The position numbers and the translations under genes are program-made. This document shows positions 29,406-39,960 of a stretch of DNA of 64,000 bases, one piece after another. Position 1 is the stretch's first letter, and the number at the start of each line of letters is the position of its first letter. The notes under the pieces were generated by a model. It had not been told where the DNA came from. It saw nothing but the letters and a program-made list of their open reading frames with translations, and searched no databases. Source of the DNA: Halorutilales archaeon Cl-col2-1 (GTDB lineage: Archaea > Halobacteriota > Halobacteria > Halobacteriales > Afararchaeaceae). Location: NCBI GenBank assembly GCA_041891055.1, contig CP169074.1, forward strand, positions 448,001 to 512,000, written 5' to 3'.

Positions 29406-30089
29406 TCAAGAAGTTAGCTCCTCCGCCAGATCCGAGAGGCTCTCGACGACAAGATCCGGCTCTCCGCCAACCCTTTCCTCTGGCTCCGTCTTCCTGTTCA
29501 CCCAAGCTGTCGCCATACCTGCCTGTGAGGCTCCTGCTATGTCCCACGCGTTCGACGACACGAGACGGCAGTTACCTATCTGCCTGTCGAGTCTATCCGC
29601 GGCGTTCTCGTAGACGACGGGCGACGGCTTGAAGTCAGAGACCTCGTCGGCACTTATTATGTCGTCCACGTAGCCGTCTATCCCCGTGTTCTCGGCGAGT
29701 CTTTCGAGCATATCGGGGTTTCCGTTCGAGAGTACCGCGAGTCTGTAGCCGTCGGAGAGTGAGTTAAGGGCATCTAAGGTGTCGGAGAACGGGTCGAGAC
29801 TGTCGTATGACTTCATCAGGCGTTCTGTCTCGTCGGAAGTTGCATCGATCGAGTAGAAGTCGAGTGAGTAATCGAGAGCCTTTGAAGTAATCTCCCAGAA
29901 GGTCTCGTACTCCCCCATCTGGGCGGACTGGTACGAGTACTGGAGCTGTTTACGTCTCCAGAGTTCGTCTACCGAGGCTCCGAAGCTCTCGGTGAGACCG
30001 AGGACGTCAGATATCTCTTCCCTGACGCTCGAAGTGTCACACAGGGTTCCGTACATGTCGAAACACAGAGCTTCGCCTTGTCGTGTCAC
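29406..30089 (-). CDS. Haloacid dehalogenase type II
   Basis: FDMYGTL, WRRKQL, LSNG, FKPSP, SSNAWD. Confidence 0.9.
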   Translation of the reverse strand: MTRQGEALCFDMYGTLCDTSSVREEISDVLGLTESFGASVDELWRRKQLQYSYQSAQMGEYETFWEITSKALDYSLDFYSIDATSDETERLMKSYDSLDPFSDTLDALNSLSDGYRLAVLSNGNPDMLERLAENTGIDGYVDDIISADEVSDFKPSPVVYENAADRLDRQIGNCRLVSSNAWDIAGASQAGMATAWVNRKTEPEERVGGEPDLVVESLSDLAEELTS

Positions 30090-30173
30090 GGCGTCGTTTA
30101 GCCGCCGTGATCGGATATAACTTCTGGAGAACAGAGGAGAAGGCATATACACAGACCCGACGAAGACTAACCG

Positions 30174-30812
30174 ATGTCAGATTACAGAGTTCTATCAGTC
30201 GACGACGTCGGAGACGACACAGTTAGCGTCGAGATCGAGTCACCAGCCGACCTCTCGGATTCGGCGTCGCCGGGTCAGTTCGTCGAGATTTCGGCTGAGA
30301 TAGACGGCGAAGAGGTCTCTCGTTACTACACTATCTCGTCGCCGTATGTCACCGAGACCTTCGAGACGACCGTCGAGGTCGATCCCGAGGGAGATCTGAG
30401 TCCTTACCTTTCGACTCCGGAGGACTCGGTCTCCGTCTCAGTCGAGGGTCCTTACGGCAGTAGCTACTACGAAGGGGAGAAAGATGTCGTCGTCTTAGCT
30501 GGAGGACCTGGTGTAGGTCCCGCAGTCGGTATAGCCGAGAGGGCAGTCGACGACGGCGGTTCGGCGACAGTTATCTACTACGACGACGATCCCGTCCACC
30601 GCGATAGACTCAACGCCGTCGACACTAGTGAGAGAGGCGAGGTCATCTACGTCGAGACCGACACTGACTTCACCGACTCTGTCTCGGATGCCGTCGAGTC
30701 GGGAAGTCAGGTCTTCGTCTACGGCTTCGAGGAGTTCGTGGAGAAAGCGCGCGACGCCCTCGAAGACGCTGGCTACGACATCGAAGAAGCCAAGATAGAG
30801 TCGTTTGGATGA
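30174..30812 (+). CDS. FAD-binding oxidoreductase (FNR-like)
   Basis: PGQF, RYYTISS, GPYG, AGGPGVGP, ESFG C-terminus. Confidence 0.85.
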   Translation: MSDYRVLSVDDVGDDTVSVEIESPADLSDSASPGQFVEISAEIDGEEVSRYYTISSPYVTETFETTVEVDPEGDLSPYLSTPEDSVSVSVEGPYGSSYYEGEKDVVVLAGGPGVGPAVGIAERAVDDGGSATVIYYDDDPVHRDRLNAVDTSERGEVIYVETDTDFTDSVSDAVESGSQVFVYGFEEFVEKARDALEDAGYDIEEAKIESFG

Positions 30813-30863
30813 GGTATGGGATCAGTACGGTAAAAGTATTAGACTGCGTGACTTATACCGGGT

Positions 30864-31085
30864 ATGACTGACACTGATACTGACACTGACACCGACACCG
30901 ACACCAACTTCGACAGTCTTCTGTCCGAGGCGGATCGCATAGAGGACGAGATAGACGACTGTGATGACTGTGAGGGGGACTACGTATGTGAGACCCACAC
31001 AGCCAAGCTAGCCACTCTCGGAGGCGTCGTCGATCTCGGTGCGGAAGACAGCAATAGCACGGATTCCGAGGAACGCGACGTCTGA
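30864..31085 (+). CDS. Small acidic protein with (DT)n tract and CxxC-x5-CxxH
   Basis: TTATA upstream; CDDC..VCETH. Confidence 0.55.
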   Translation: MTDTDTDTDTDTDTNFDSLLSEADRIEDEIDDCDDCEGDYVCETHTAKLATLGGVVDLGAEDSNSTDSEERDV

Positions 31086-31141
31086 GTCCAGGGAGAAAAG
31101 TATCGTCCTTAATATAAACCCGAACAACAATAGACGTCTTA

Positions 31142-31654
31142 ATGGCGTCCGACACTGAGAGAGACACTGAGACTGATAACGGCTCCGACACGGAGGACGA
31201 AGACGTCCCAATAGACCTGACAACTGTGAGGGGTATGATAGACGACGCCGCGTTCAATGAGGTTGAGACGGTGACCTCTGACGACGACGTCTTCCAGATA
31301 AACTGCTGGTTACAGAACACCGCCGTCTCTGTCACGGGGATACCCCACGAGGAAAGGATAGTCGTCTCGGGACGTGTCGAGATCGAAGACTGGCGTGAGT
31401 TCGACTCTCTCTCCGATCCTGACAGACACGCCTTCTACGAGAGGATATCCGAAGTGGTAAGTGGGCAGCCGGTGACACGCCACTTTGTCGACGAGTTAGG
31501 GCAGCCAGTCACCTTCGACGAGGCGAGGGAGATAAGAGTCGCAAGACGTCTCTACGGCGACGTGGGTAAGCAGGAGATAATGGACGCCGTCTTCCTCGTG
31601 AGACGTTACGTCGACCTACTCAACGTCTCAGTCGACAGGTTTCTGGTGGAGTAG
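31142..31654 (+). CDS. Hypothetical protein (DUF2299-like)
   Basis: Acidic ORF; RRLYGDV.KQEIMDAV..V. Confidence 0.65.
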   Translation: MASDTERDTETDNGSDTEDEDVPIDLTTVRGMIDDAAFNEVETVTSDDDVFQINCWLQNTAVSVTGIPHEERIVVSGRVEIEDWREFDSLSDPDRHAFYERISEVVSGQPVTRHFVDELGQPVTFDEAREIRVARRLYGDVGKQEIMDAVFLVRRYVDLLNVSVDRFLVE

Positions 31655-31843
31655 ATCGAGACTGCGTGCGACATAAGGTCTGTCTCCCCAGCTTCTGTGC
31701 GGAGAGATAGCCGTTATCAAGCTCTGAGCTTTGTCGTGGATGGTAGTTACGTAGGATTGGACATGTCTTGCACACTGTCGACTACGGCTACTGCCCTTCA
31801 GTACCAGTATGGTTATACACGGGTATCACTTACTCCTCGAACC

Positions 31844-32854
31844 ATGTCTCCCTTTGATACAAAGCTAACTAAGACTCTCAACATAGATCTTCCAATAGTC
31901 CAAGCACCGATAGGGAGTGCGACGTGTCCCGAGCTCGTAACCGCTGTGTCTGAGGCGGGAGCCTTAGGAATGCTGTCCGTGACTTGGAGGGACGAAAGCG
32001 AGACACGTGAGGTTATCGAGAGAACGAAACGTGAGACACAGAGCATGTTCGGAGTAAACATAGTCGTAGATCCCGACGCGAAAGAGATACCGACGGAGAC
32101 ACACGTCGATATCTGTCTTGACGAGGGCATCGAGATATTCTCGTTTTCATTCGGCGAGGCGGCTCCATATGTCGAAAAGATACAGTCCCAGGGAGGAAAA
32201 GTTCTCGAGACAGTTGGGAGTGCTCAAGAAGCAAGGGAGGCTGTGGATGCTGGAGTGGACATAGTAGTTGCTCAGGGATGGGAGGCAGGCGGACACGTTG
32301 AGAGCGACGTAGCCACACTCCCGCTGATCCCTCGCGTACGCGACGCAGTCCCCGATACACCGGTGGTTGCGGCTGGGGGAATCTCAGACGGAAGAGGTGT
32401 TGCTTCCGTTCTAACACTAGGCGCCGACGGTGCGTGGCTAGGGACGCGTTTCGTCGCGACTCACGAGGCTTATGCTCACCAGATTTATCAGGATAGTATA
32501 TCTCAAGCCGACGAGACGGAGACCGTCTATACCACACTGTTCGACAGAGGATGGGAGGGGGTTCCTCACAGAGTGATCGAGAACCAGACGGTCTCCGAAG
32601 CAAAACACACAGAAGACAAGCCGAGCGAGAGCGAGGTAATCGCAGTCACCGACGACGAGAGACGGATTCGAAGATACGAGGACGCGCTTGGAGTTCCCGG
32701 AATGGAGGGGAACTTAGAGGAACTACCCCTCTACGCGGGACAGAGTTCGGGTCTAATCGACGAGGTAAAGCCCGCCAAAGAGGTCATAACCGATCTCGTG
32801 GACGGAGCTACTAAAGCTCTCGAAGAGACGTGTACGGATCAGGTAGAGGGCTGA
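31844..32854 (+). CDS. Nitronate monooxygenase / FabK-like FMN oxidoreductase
   Basis: PIVQAP, QGWEAGGH, AAGGISDG, LGTRF, YAGQS. Confidence 0.9.
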   Translation: MSPFDTKLTKTLNIDLPIVQAPIGSATCPELVTAVSEAGALGMLSVTWRDESETREVIERTKRETQSMFGVNIVVDPDAKEIPTETHVDICLDEGIEIFSFSFGEAAPYVEKIQSQGGKVLETVGSAQEAREAVDAGVDIVVAQGWEAGGHVESDVATLPLIPRVRDAVPDTPVVAAGGISDGRGVASVLTLGADGAWLGTRFVATHEAYAHQIYQDSISQADETETVYTTLFDRGWEGVPHRVIENQTVSEAKHTEDKPSESEVIAVTDDERRIRRYEDALGVPGMEGNLEELPLYAGQSSGLIDEVKPAKEVITDLVDGATKALEETCTDQVEG

Positions 32855-32857
32855 TCC

Positions 32858-33118
32858 TCAGCCGTCCTCTGTCTCATCGGGATCGGTGACCTCTATCTGA
32901 GTCATACCTCCCTGGCTTGTCGATTCCTTCGAGACAGTCTTAGACGTCTCGAACTCTACTCCCGGAATCCTCGACAGTGTCTCGAAGGTCTCCGACGGAT
33001 CTATACGTATCTCCGACGGCTTCTGTACTGTGACGTTGGGGAGTGGACCTTTTCCTCTTATACGTATCTCGTCTTCGTCGACAGTCATACATCCTCGGAA
33101 GAATCTGTTGTGCGACAT
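32858..33118 (-). CDS. Hypothetical small protein
   Basis: 86-aa ORF filling the gap; acidic C-terminus. Confidence 0.5.
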   Translation of the reverse strand: MSHNRFFRGCMTVDEDEIRIRGKGPLPNVTVQKPSEIRIDPSETFETLSRIPGVEFETSKTVSKESTSQGGMTQIEVTDPDETEDG

Positions 33119-33230
33119 CCGTATGTATACTCACTGTTTGAGGTCTTAGGGTTTGGGGCACCCGATCCGACCGAATCCGAGTACCGAACTCGTACAAGGT
33201 TTTATGTTGAAGACCTTCCCATTAAGATCA

Positions 33231-33569
33231 ATGTCGGATGACTCGGACCGCGATCGGAGCCAGAGCCAGGGTCAGGATCAGGATCAGAATCAGAATCAGA
33301 ACCAGGACTTCCCACCGAGCAAGAAGGAGTTCAAGGAGCTGATCTCAGAGGGTGGGGATCTCAGCGACCTCGAAGGTTTCGACGAGTCAGTTACGGAGCT
33401 GTCTCTTGAGGAGCTCCTTCACGACTACAAGTGCCTCGACTGCGAGGCACTCTGGAGCTACTGGAGCAGTCTTCATATCGAGACCGAGTACTGCCCCAAC
33501 TGTGGCTCTGACAGAGTACTCACGACTAGAGAGCTCGACTCGCTGAGACGTGAGTCGAAGTCGGAGTAG
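33231..33569 (+). CDS. Zinc-ribbon protein with QD/QN repeat N-terminus
   Basis: YKCLDC...YCPNCGS. Confidence 0.75.
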   Translation: MSDDSDRDRSQSQGQDQDQNQNQNQDFPPSKKEFKELISEGGDLSDLEGFDESVTELSLEELLHDYKCLDCEALWSYWSSLHIETEYCPNCGSDRVLTTRELDSLRRESKSE

Positions 33570-33594
33570 CTCGAAACACGCCGAAGAGAAAGAC

Positions 33595-33726
33595 ATGGCT
33601 CCCGAACCGAAGACGAATATGAACGGCTGTCCCACATGCGGAGAAGATCTCAGAACGAGACACTGTAAGATACTCTGCCCCAACTGCGGCGTAGTAGCCG
33701 ACTGCTCCGACCCGTTCTATCTGTAA
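33595..33726 (+). CDS. Zinc-finger micro-protein (HVO_2523-like), 43 aa, below the ORF-track cutoff
   Basis: Manual translation: MAPEPKTNMNGCPTCGEDLRTRHCKILCPNCGVVADCSDPFYL. Confidence 0.8.
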   Translation: MAPEPKTNMNGCPTCGEDLRTRHCKILCPNCGVVADCSDPFYL

Positions 33727-33736
33727 TCCTCTATTC

Positions 33737-34210
33737 TCAGAGAAGATCGGTGACGTCTCCCTTGACGACCGTCTCGCAGTAATGGCACTGGAGTTCAGCT
33801 GACTCCATCTCGTGAGGAACCACAACGTCGAAACGCGTCTCAACAGGTTCGTCGGTGTTGGTTATGCAGTTGGGGTTGGGACAGTCGAGTATTCCAACTA
33901 TACAGTCAGGCATAGAGACCTCGTACTTCTCGACGACATCGTACTCACGTATCATGTTGACAGTCACCTCGGGTGCTATCAGAGCGATTATAGCCGCTTC
34001 GTCCTCCTCTATCTCTCTTCCCTCGACCTTGACTATGTCCTTCTTACCCATCTGTTCGCTCGGGACGTTCATAGCGACGCTGACTGTGTCGCGTGTCGAC
34101 TCATCTATCCCGAGTATATGAAGTACGTCGATAGACTGTCCCTGTGGTATGTGATCGATCACGGTTCCGTTACGTATCGGACTTATCCTGAGTTCCTCCA
34201 TCTCAGTCAC
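33737..34210 (-). CDS. pyrI: Aspartate carbamoyltransferase regulatory subunit
   Basis: [29 protein letters not shown]. Confidence 0.96.
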   Translation of the reverse strand: MTEMEELRISPIRNGTVIDHIPQGQSIDVLHILGIDESTRDTVSVAMNVPSEQMGKKDIVKVEGREIEEDEAAIIALIAPEVTVNMIREYDVVEKYEVSMPDCIVGILDCPNPNCITNTDEPVETRFDVVVPHEMESAELQCHYCETVVKGDVTDLL

Positions 34211-35096
34211 CTCCTAAGACTAAGTCGAGTATAGCCATTCTGACCTCGACTCCGTTGTGTGCCTGTTCGAAGTACTTCGCCTGTGGCATCGAGTCGACCT
34301 CGGGGGTTATCTCGTCTACCCGGGGAAGAGGATGCATCAGACCGAGTTCGTCCTTAGCGGACTCTAGGGTCTCAGGTGTTATCTGGTACGAGTCCGAGAC
34401 CTTCCTGTACTCCGACTCGTCTGGGAACCTCTCTTCCTGTATCCTCGTCGCGTAGAGGACGTCGAGTTCGTCGATTACACCGTCGAGATCCTCAGTCTCC
34501 TCGAAGTCGGCGTCGGAGTTATCGAGGTCGAAACGCACCCGCTCTGGGAGACGTAGCTGAGGAGGCGATATGAACTTCATGGTGACGTCGAACTTCGTGA
34601 GAGCGAGAGCGAGCGAGTGTACAGTCCTGCCGTACTTGAGATCCCCGAGTATACCCACCGTGAGGTCTTCGAGACCGCTGTTCTGTCTCATGGTGTAGAG
34701 ATCGAGAAGTGTCTGTGTCGGATGCTGACCCGTGCCATCGCCCGCGTTTATGACAGGGACGTCTACGAACTCCGAGGCGAGACGTGCAGACCCCTCCTTG
34801 GGATGGCGTATGACTATCGCGTCGGCGTATCCCTCTATGACTCTCACGGTGTCTGCGAGCGTCTCGCCCTTCTTCACGCTACTCGACTCGACGCTTCCGA
34901 GGTCGATACTCCTCCCTCCGAGACGTTTGACTGCGGTGTCGAAGCTCATACGTGTACGCGTCGACGGCTCGAAGAAGAGAAGTGCCAGAACCTTGTCGGA
35001 GAGTTCCGATCCCGAGCCTTCGATCTCAGAAGCCCTGTCGAGAACCGACTCTATCTCGGCTCTCGACATCTCCTTTATACTGATGATACTGTCCAT
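34203..35096 (-). CDS. pyrB: Aspartate carbamoyltransferase catalytic subunit
   Basis: [32 protein letters not shown]. Confidence 0.97.
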   Translation of the reverse strand: MDSIISIKEMSRAEIESVLDRASEIEGSGSELSDKVLALLFFEPSTRTRMSFDTAVKRLGGRSIDLGSVESSSVKKGETLADTVRVIEGYADAIVIRHPKEGSARLASEFVDVPVINAGDGTGQHPTQTLLDLYTMRQNSGLEDLTVGILGDLKYGRTVHSLALALTKFDVTMKFISPPQLRLPERVRFDLDNSDADFEETEDLDGVIDELDVLYATRIQEERFPDESEYRKVSDSYQITPETLESAKDELGLMHPLPRVDEITPEVDSMPQAKYFEQAHNGVEVRMAILDLVLGGD

Positions 35097-35162
35097 TCCG
35101 GCTTGAGTATCGGTGTCCGAATAAAAAATCTTTCCTGATACTGCGGTGGATCGAGCTCAGAC

Positions 35163-36980
35163 TCAGTCCGCCTGTGTTCCCATCTCGGTGTCATCGGAAC
35201 CCGCGTTCGAGTTTAGCTCCTCGACAGCGTGTCCAATCTCGTTGACCCTCGACGTCTGCTCCTGGTTCGACGCCGCTATGTCCTTTATCTCGTCGGCGAC
35301 CTGATCCGCCTTCTCCGCAGCCTCATCTATCATGCTAGCGACCTCTTCTGTCGAAGCCGCTTGGTCGTCGGTGGCGTCGGCGACCTCGTTCATTCCCTGT
35401 GACGCCTCACGGACGGCGTCGGCAATCTGACTCAGGCTGTCTCCGGCGTCCTCAACCATCTCGACGCCCTCGGAGATCTCCTCGTTGGCAGTGTCAAGGC
35501 TCTCGACTGTCTCCTCTGTGTTCTCCTGTATCTCGTTGACTATCTTCTCTATCTCTGTCGCACGTTCCTGCGACTGTTCGGCGAGATCCTTGACCTCGTC
35601 GGCGACGACTGCGAATCCGTCGCCCGCCTCTCCCGCCCTCGCAGCCTCTATGCTCGCGTTGAGTGCGAGGAGGTTAGTCTGGTCTGCTATGTCGTTTATG
35701 ACGTCTACGATCTCGTCTATCTCCTCGACGTTCTCGCGGAGACGGTAGACATCCTCCGAGACCTCGTTCGCGGCGTCCTCGACGTTCGCCATAGTCTCAA
35801 CCGCCTTCGTAGCCGACTCCTGACCGTCCTCGGCGAGATCCTCCGCCTCTTCGCTCTTGGCGTTGACCTGGTTCGCACTCGAAGCGATCTCCTCGACAGT
35901 CGCACTCAGGTTCGAGATCTCCGACGATATCTGTTCTATCGACTCCGACTGCTCGTCGGCAAGCTGGCTTATCTCCTGTGAGCTGTCGGAGACGCCCTCG
36001 GAGGTTCTCTGGAGGTCGTCTATCGACTGCTCTATCTGTGAAGAGACTTCTTTGCGTCTCTCTAGCTCTTCCTCCATCTGCTGACTGTACGAATGTATGT
36101 AGGTGTCCATCGCCATCTGCTGGTCGAGGTTGGCGAGACGCAGAAAAGACATAGCCCTATCGACGGTCTCGTCGACTGCGTCCTCGACGTCCTGGGAGGT
36201 GACCTGGGAAGACGGGGCTTGTGAGGCAGCTTCGGACGTACGGGTGCCACCGTCTGTGGCTGTCGTCTCCGTCTCGTCGTCGGCTCCTGTCTGAGTCTCT
36301 AACTCATCTGAGGCGCCGAATCCGAGGAAGGAAGAGACCTTCGACGCCGCCCTGTGTAGAACTGACCCTTCCTCGTCGTCTGTCCCGGTTCCGGTTCCGG
36401 TCTCAGTAGCCGTATCCGTCGGTGTCTCCTTCGGTGATTCGGTGGATCGGGTCGGAGCCATACCTCGCTCCTTGTCTGTGACACCGACGCCACCTCCGTC
36501 TGTCATCTCCTCGTTCTCCGTGTACTCGTCTTTGACGTCCTCGGCTATGGCTTCTAGTACGCCTTCGTAGTACATCGAGTAAGCCCCGAGGTAGATCTTG
36601 GGACCGAGGTCGAGTATGTCGTGGATCTTTCCTATACGTGCCCTGTCCTCGAAGTAACCCTTACCGTACTCTCCGCTTCCGAGATCGACGAGGTACTCCT
36701 TCTGTGTCCGTTTAAGCTGTTCGACTGTTCTCGTCGACTTCGAGAGGATCTCCTTAGTCTCGGAGTAATCCTGGAGATGTCCGTAGAACTCCTCGACGAG
36801 ATCGTCCTGTATATCCTCGAAGACGTGTGACATCTCTTCGAGACGGCGCTCGTCCTCTCTCGTAAAGCCCGTGTACTCCTTCCTCCACTCTATCTCCTGT
36901 CTGTCTACCCCTATCTCATCCACGAGACTCTCACCGTCAACCCGGTGTCGGATAGCCTCGCCTCCCTCAGATCCTGACAT
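35163..36980 (-). CDS. hemAT: Globin-coupled methyl-accepting transducer (HemAT-type) with a long insertion
   Basis: Sensor globin ([18 protein letters not shown]) plus MCP signature [17 protein letters not shown]. Confidence 0.88.
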   Translation of the reverse strand: MSGSEGGEAIRHRVDGESLVDEIGVDRQEIEWRKEYTGFTREDERRLEEMSHVFEDIQDDLVEEFYGHLQDYSETKEILSKSTRTVEQLKRTQKEYLVDLGSGEYGKGYFEDRARIGKIHDILDLGPKIYLGAYSMYYEGVLEAIAEDVKDEYTENEEMTDGGGVGVTDKERGMAPTRSTESPKETPTDTATETGTGTGTDDEEGSVLHRAASKVSSFLGFGASDELETQTGADDETETTATDGGTRTSEAASQAPSSQVTSQDVEDAVDETVDRAMSFLRLANLDQQMAMDTYIHSYSQQMEEELERRKEVSSQIEQSIDDLQRTSEGVSDSSQEISQLADEQSESIEQISSEISNLSATVEEIASSANQVNAKSEEAEDLAEDGQESATKAVETMANVEDAANEVSEDVYRLRENVEEIDEIVDVINDIADQTNLLALNASIEAARAGEAGDGFAVVADEVKDLAEQSQERATEIEKIVNEIQENTEETVESLDTANEEISEGVEMVEDAGDSLSQIADAVREASQGMNEVADATDDQAASTEEVASMIDEAAEKADQVADEIKDIAASNQEQTSRVNEIGHAVEELNSNAGSDDTEMGTQAD

Positions 36981-37024
36981 GGAGTAACGTTGGATCTACT
37001 CGCATAAATATCTGGGTACTCGGG

Positions 37025-38383
37025 TTACGACGACGAGTTGGAGGCGGCTTCTGAGTCCGTCTCGGACTCCGCCTCCGAGACGGGTATCACGGCTCTGGAG
37101 TCGGTCACTGCGTACGCGTCTATCTTCGTAGGCAGATTACGTGCCACGGTTCGGACGTTTTCGGGAGTGTCGCCCGCTACGACGAGGTCGTATCCCGAGT
37201 CGGGAGCCGTAACGACCACTGTATCACTTCCCTGTAACGGCGACTCGACGAACTCGGAGGGAACGTCGGCGTCCATTCCCTTTCCGCGCAGGAAGCCGTA
37301 CGTCGTCACGAGGACGTCTGTGTTCGACGGTGACGGGCTCTCACCGTATACCGCAAAAGACCTGCGTCCCGCGTCCTTGAGGTCACGTCTGATGCCCACC
37401 GACGCGGAGGCGAGCGAATGGGACGTATACCTTACCGTGGCGTCGTCGCCGACTACGTAGGGGTAGTCGAGGAGGTCGCGTCTTCTGTCTCCACTCACGA
37501 GGAACTCGGCTATGTTCGAGATCAGAACCTCGTTGTCGGCGACGTTGTACTTACCTCCTTCGAGGAAGGTCGTGTCTCCCACGCCTAAGACGTTGCCGTT
37601 GACAACTGAGACCGAGTAAGCTCCCGGTGAGTCGCCGCCCGATCTCCTGGTTCCCGGAACCGCAGTCGCTACTGTGACACCGCGTGTTGACGAGACGTGG
37701 GTAGCTGTGTAAGTGGAGATACGGTTGACTCCGTCGGCGATGTCGGAGCCTGCACGTCCCGAGGCGAGGACGTTCTTGTAGTTGCCGTCGGTCGCGTCAG
37801 ACTCCATGTTGTAGAGGTAGTCGGAGCCGAATCTCAGACCGAACCTCGAAGCCAACGGGTTGATGTAGCTCTCCTCCGACGTAGTTCCGAGGACTCCGAG
37901 ACGTGAATCCGAGGGTTCGCCGAGAAGGAGGAGACGTCCACCGTCGTCGACGAAGGACTCGACTGCGTTAATCTCACGTTCGGAGTAACTCCTTCCGGGG
38001 TCGGCGACAACGAAGGCGTCTGCCCGGCTAAGTGTCTCGCCCAGATCCCTTCTTTCTTCGAGGTACTCGACCTCGTATCCCGTTTCGGTGACCGTAGAGA
38101 CTACTGAGTCGATCCCATCACGTGTTATACGGTTAGAGTGTGCGAGGTCGACCGCTACGACTCCCGTGTCGGGGCTGAGGTTGACGTCTGTCCTCCCCGA
38201 CGACTCCAGCCTATTGGGTGTCAGGTCGGACGTGTCGTAGATATCGGTGTCGGACCGGGCTGACTCCAGCCCTGCTTCGAGGTACGTCGAGACTCCCGAA
38301 ACCATCACGACAGCTACGACTATCCCTAAGAAGATAACGAGTCGTTTTGTGACTTCGGAGTTACCGTCGTTATCTCGTGGCAT
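37025..38383 (-). CDS. Membrane-anchored GATase-like (DUF4350/GldG-like) protein
   Basis: N-terminal TM; DLAHSN, FVDDGGRLLL, GDTTFL...DN. Confidence 0.75.
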   Translation of the reverse strand: MPRDNDGNSEVTKRLVIFLGIVVAVVMVSGVSTYLEAGLESARSDTDIYDTSDLTPNRLESSGRTDVNLSPDTGVVAVDLAHSNRITRDGIDSVVSTVTETGYEVEYLEERRDLGETLSRADAFVVADPGRSYSEREINAVESFVDDGGRLLLLGEPSDSRLGVLGTTSEESYINPLASRFGLRFGSDYLYNMESDATDGNYKNVLASGRAGSDIADGVNRISTYTATHVSSTRGVTVATAVPGTRRSGGDSPGAYSVSVVNGNVLGVGDTTFLEGGKYNVADNEVLISNIAEFLVSGDRRRDLLDYPYVVGDDATVRYTSHSLASASVGIRRDLKDAGRRSFAVYGESPSPSNTDVLVTTYGFLRGKGMDADVPSEFVESPLQGSDTVVVTAPDSGYDLVVAGDTPENVRTVARNLPTKIDAYAVTDSRAVIPVSEAESETDSEAASNSSS

Positions 38384-39317
38384 TTTCCACCTCCGCCGTC
38401 TCCCATGTCCGTGTGGAGTTTCCGGAGACCAACTCGGGAGGAAGCATAACGGGATTAGGGAACTCGGTTCGCGTGTCGACTCCGGTTATGTAGGAGGGGT
38501 CAACGAGCTTCTTCTCGGAGGCGTCCGACGCGACGTAGTTGGAACGCGAGATGAAACGCACTATTCCGTCGCGTCTCATACGTGTCACGGAGTAGCTTTC
38601 CATTCCCGCTAACTCTGCCGCCTTTTCTGCTGCGGCGTCCAAGCCACCTATCTCGTCGGCGATGCCGTTCTCGACAGCCGTAGGACCCGAGTATAGCTTA
38701 GCGTACTCAACCTCTTCCCTCGTTATGTTTAGGTCGTCATCCCTGTGCTTCATCACCGATCCCACGAACGCCCTCTTCGCTGTCTCTATACGGTAGTACC
38801 AGTCCCTCTCGTCCCCCGCATTGAGCTTGTTGGGTCCTGTGGTTATCACGCCCTCTACCGACCCGGGGTTCTGTGGCATCTGCATCACGACGCCGACGCT
38901 CCCGATGAAGGACGACGGCTTAGCATAGATCTCATCGCTCGGGAGTGACGAATAGTAGGCTCCCGACGCCGCCGACGAGTCTACACTCGTCACCACGGGC
39001 ATCTCGTCCGCCGTCCTCAGAACTTCGAGGTAGATCGTCTCGCTCGCCGACGCCGACCCGCCGGGACTATTGACTCTCAAAACTACCGCCTCGACCCCGG
39101 GGTCGTTTCTCGCTCTTTCGAGCATCCCTGTCACCGTGGTCGCAGTACTACCGTCTATGCTTCCTTCGAGAGGAACGACTGCGACCTCACCCTCTGTCGT
39201 AAGCCAGCCTGAAACCACGGGAGAGATCATGAGACCTAAGAGGAGTGCGGCGGCGACAAGGGCTACGTAAGACCTTCCGATCCTCGTGAGGACGTCGGGT
39301 ATCTCTGGTCTCCACAT
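38370..39317 (-). CDS. S49 family signal-peptide peptidase (SppA-like)
   Basis: LRVNSPGG, AASGAYY, GSVGV; start MWRPE. Confidence 0.88.
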   Translation of the reverse strand: MWRPEIPDVLTRIGRSYVALVAAALLLGLMISPVVSGWLTTEGEVAVVPLEGSIDGSTATTVTGMLERARNDPGVEAVVLRVNSPGGSASASETIYLEVLRTADEMPVVTSVDSSAASGAYYSSLPSDEIYAKPSSFIGSVGVVMQMPQNPGSVEGVITTGPNKLNAGDERDWYYRIETAKRAFVGSVMKHRDDDLNITREEVEYAKLYSGPTAVENGIADEIGGLDAAAEKAAELAGMESYSVTRMRRDGIVRFISRSNYVASDASEKKLVDPSYITGVDTRTEFPNPVMLPPELVSGNSTRTWETAEVENATR

Positions 39318-39480
39318 CTGAGCCAATTTGGTGTCGGAGTCCCAAAAACACACGGGTTCGGGACTCCGCTCCCCGGTTCCTCCTCCTCTGGGTATAGTTA
39401 GACTTTTGTTGGAATCGGTACTATCGTGTGTCAACACGTGACAGAGACACAGTCTTCCGGGAAGGTAGGAGCCGACGGAG

Positions 39481-39960
39481 GTGCGTGAAAAGATCCGTTC
39501 GCGGGAAACCGGTACTAGAACGGATCGGGGGTCGAGACGTGTCGCAGTCGACATAAGCGGGAGACATGAGAGGGAAGGCAGGTATCTCATGGTCTGTGCC
39601 GCGGTCTCAGTCGACCTAACATCCGACTCTGTCGACGAAGTCAACGAGATTGAGTACTCGGTCGTAGACACCCCCAAGAAGCCCGGCTTTGACGTCGTAG
39701 TCGACGCCGTGAGTGGCACTGTCGGAAAGATGTCCGACGACACGAGTACCGTCGTCGCCGAGGAAGGCGAGTTCTACAACAAGCCAGACTGGGTCGTCGA
39801 GGGGGCACTTGGACTGAGGCGCGGCAGGTCGTTTAAGTACATAGAAACCATAAGTGAACGTAAGGCGGTGGGGATAGCCCACCACGCCGCTTACGGCGGC
39901 AGGAAGCTTCTGATTGAGTACACAGACTCCAACACCAAGAATGAGAGACCGAAAGGATAA
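39481..39960 (+). CDS. DUF2209-family archaeal protein
   Basis: VAVDISGRH...YLMVCAAV...EGEFYN...ER.A...AHH. Confidence 0.75.
   Translation: MREKIRSRETGTRTDRGSRRVAVDISGRHEREGRYLMVCAAVSVDLTSDSVDEVNEIEYSVVDTPKKPGFDVVVDAVSGTVGKMSDDTSTVVAEEGEFYNKPDWVVEGALGLRRGRSFKYIETISERKAVGIAHHAAYGGRKLLIEYTDSNTKNERPKG

Noticed and set aside
39318-39743. Long N-terminal extensions in the ORF track (SppA, ADH, EamA, P-ATPase) and many antisense ORFs
   Set aside because: They overlap real genes or promoters; these are shadow ORFs from GC-rich acidic codon usage.
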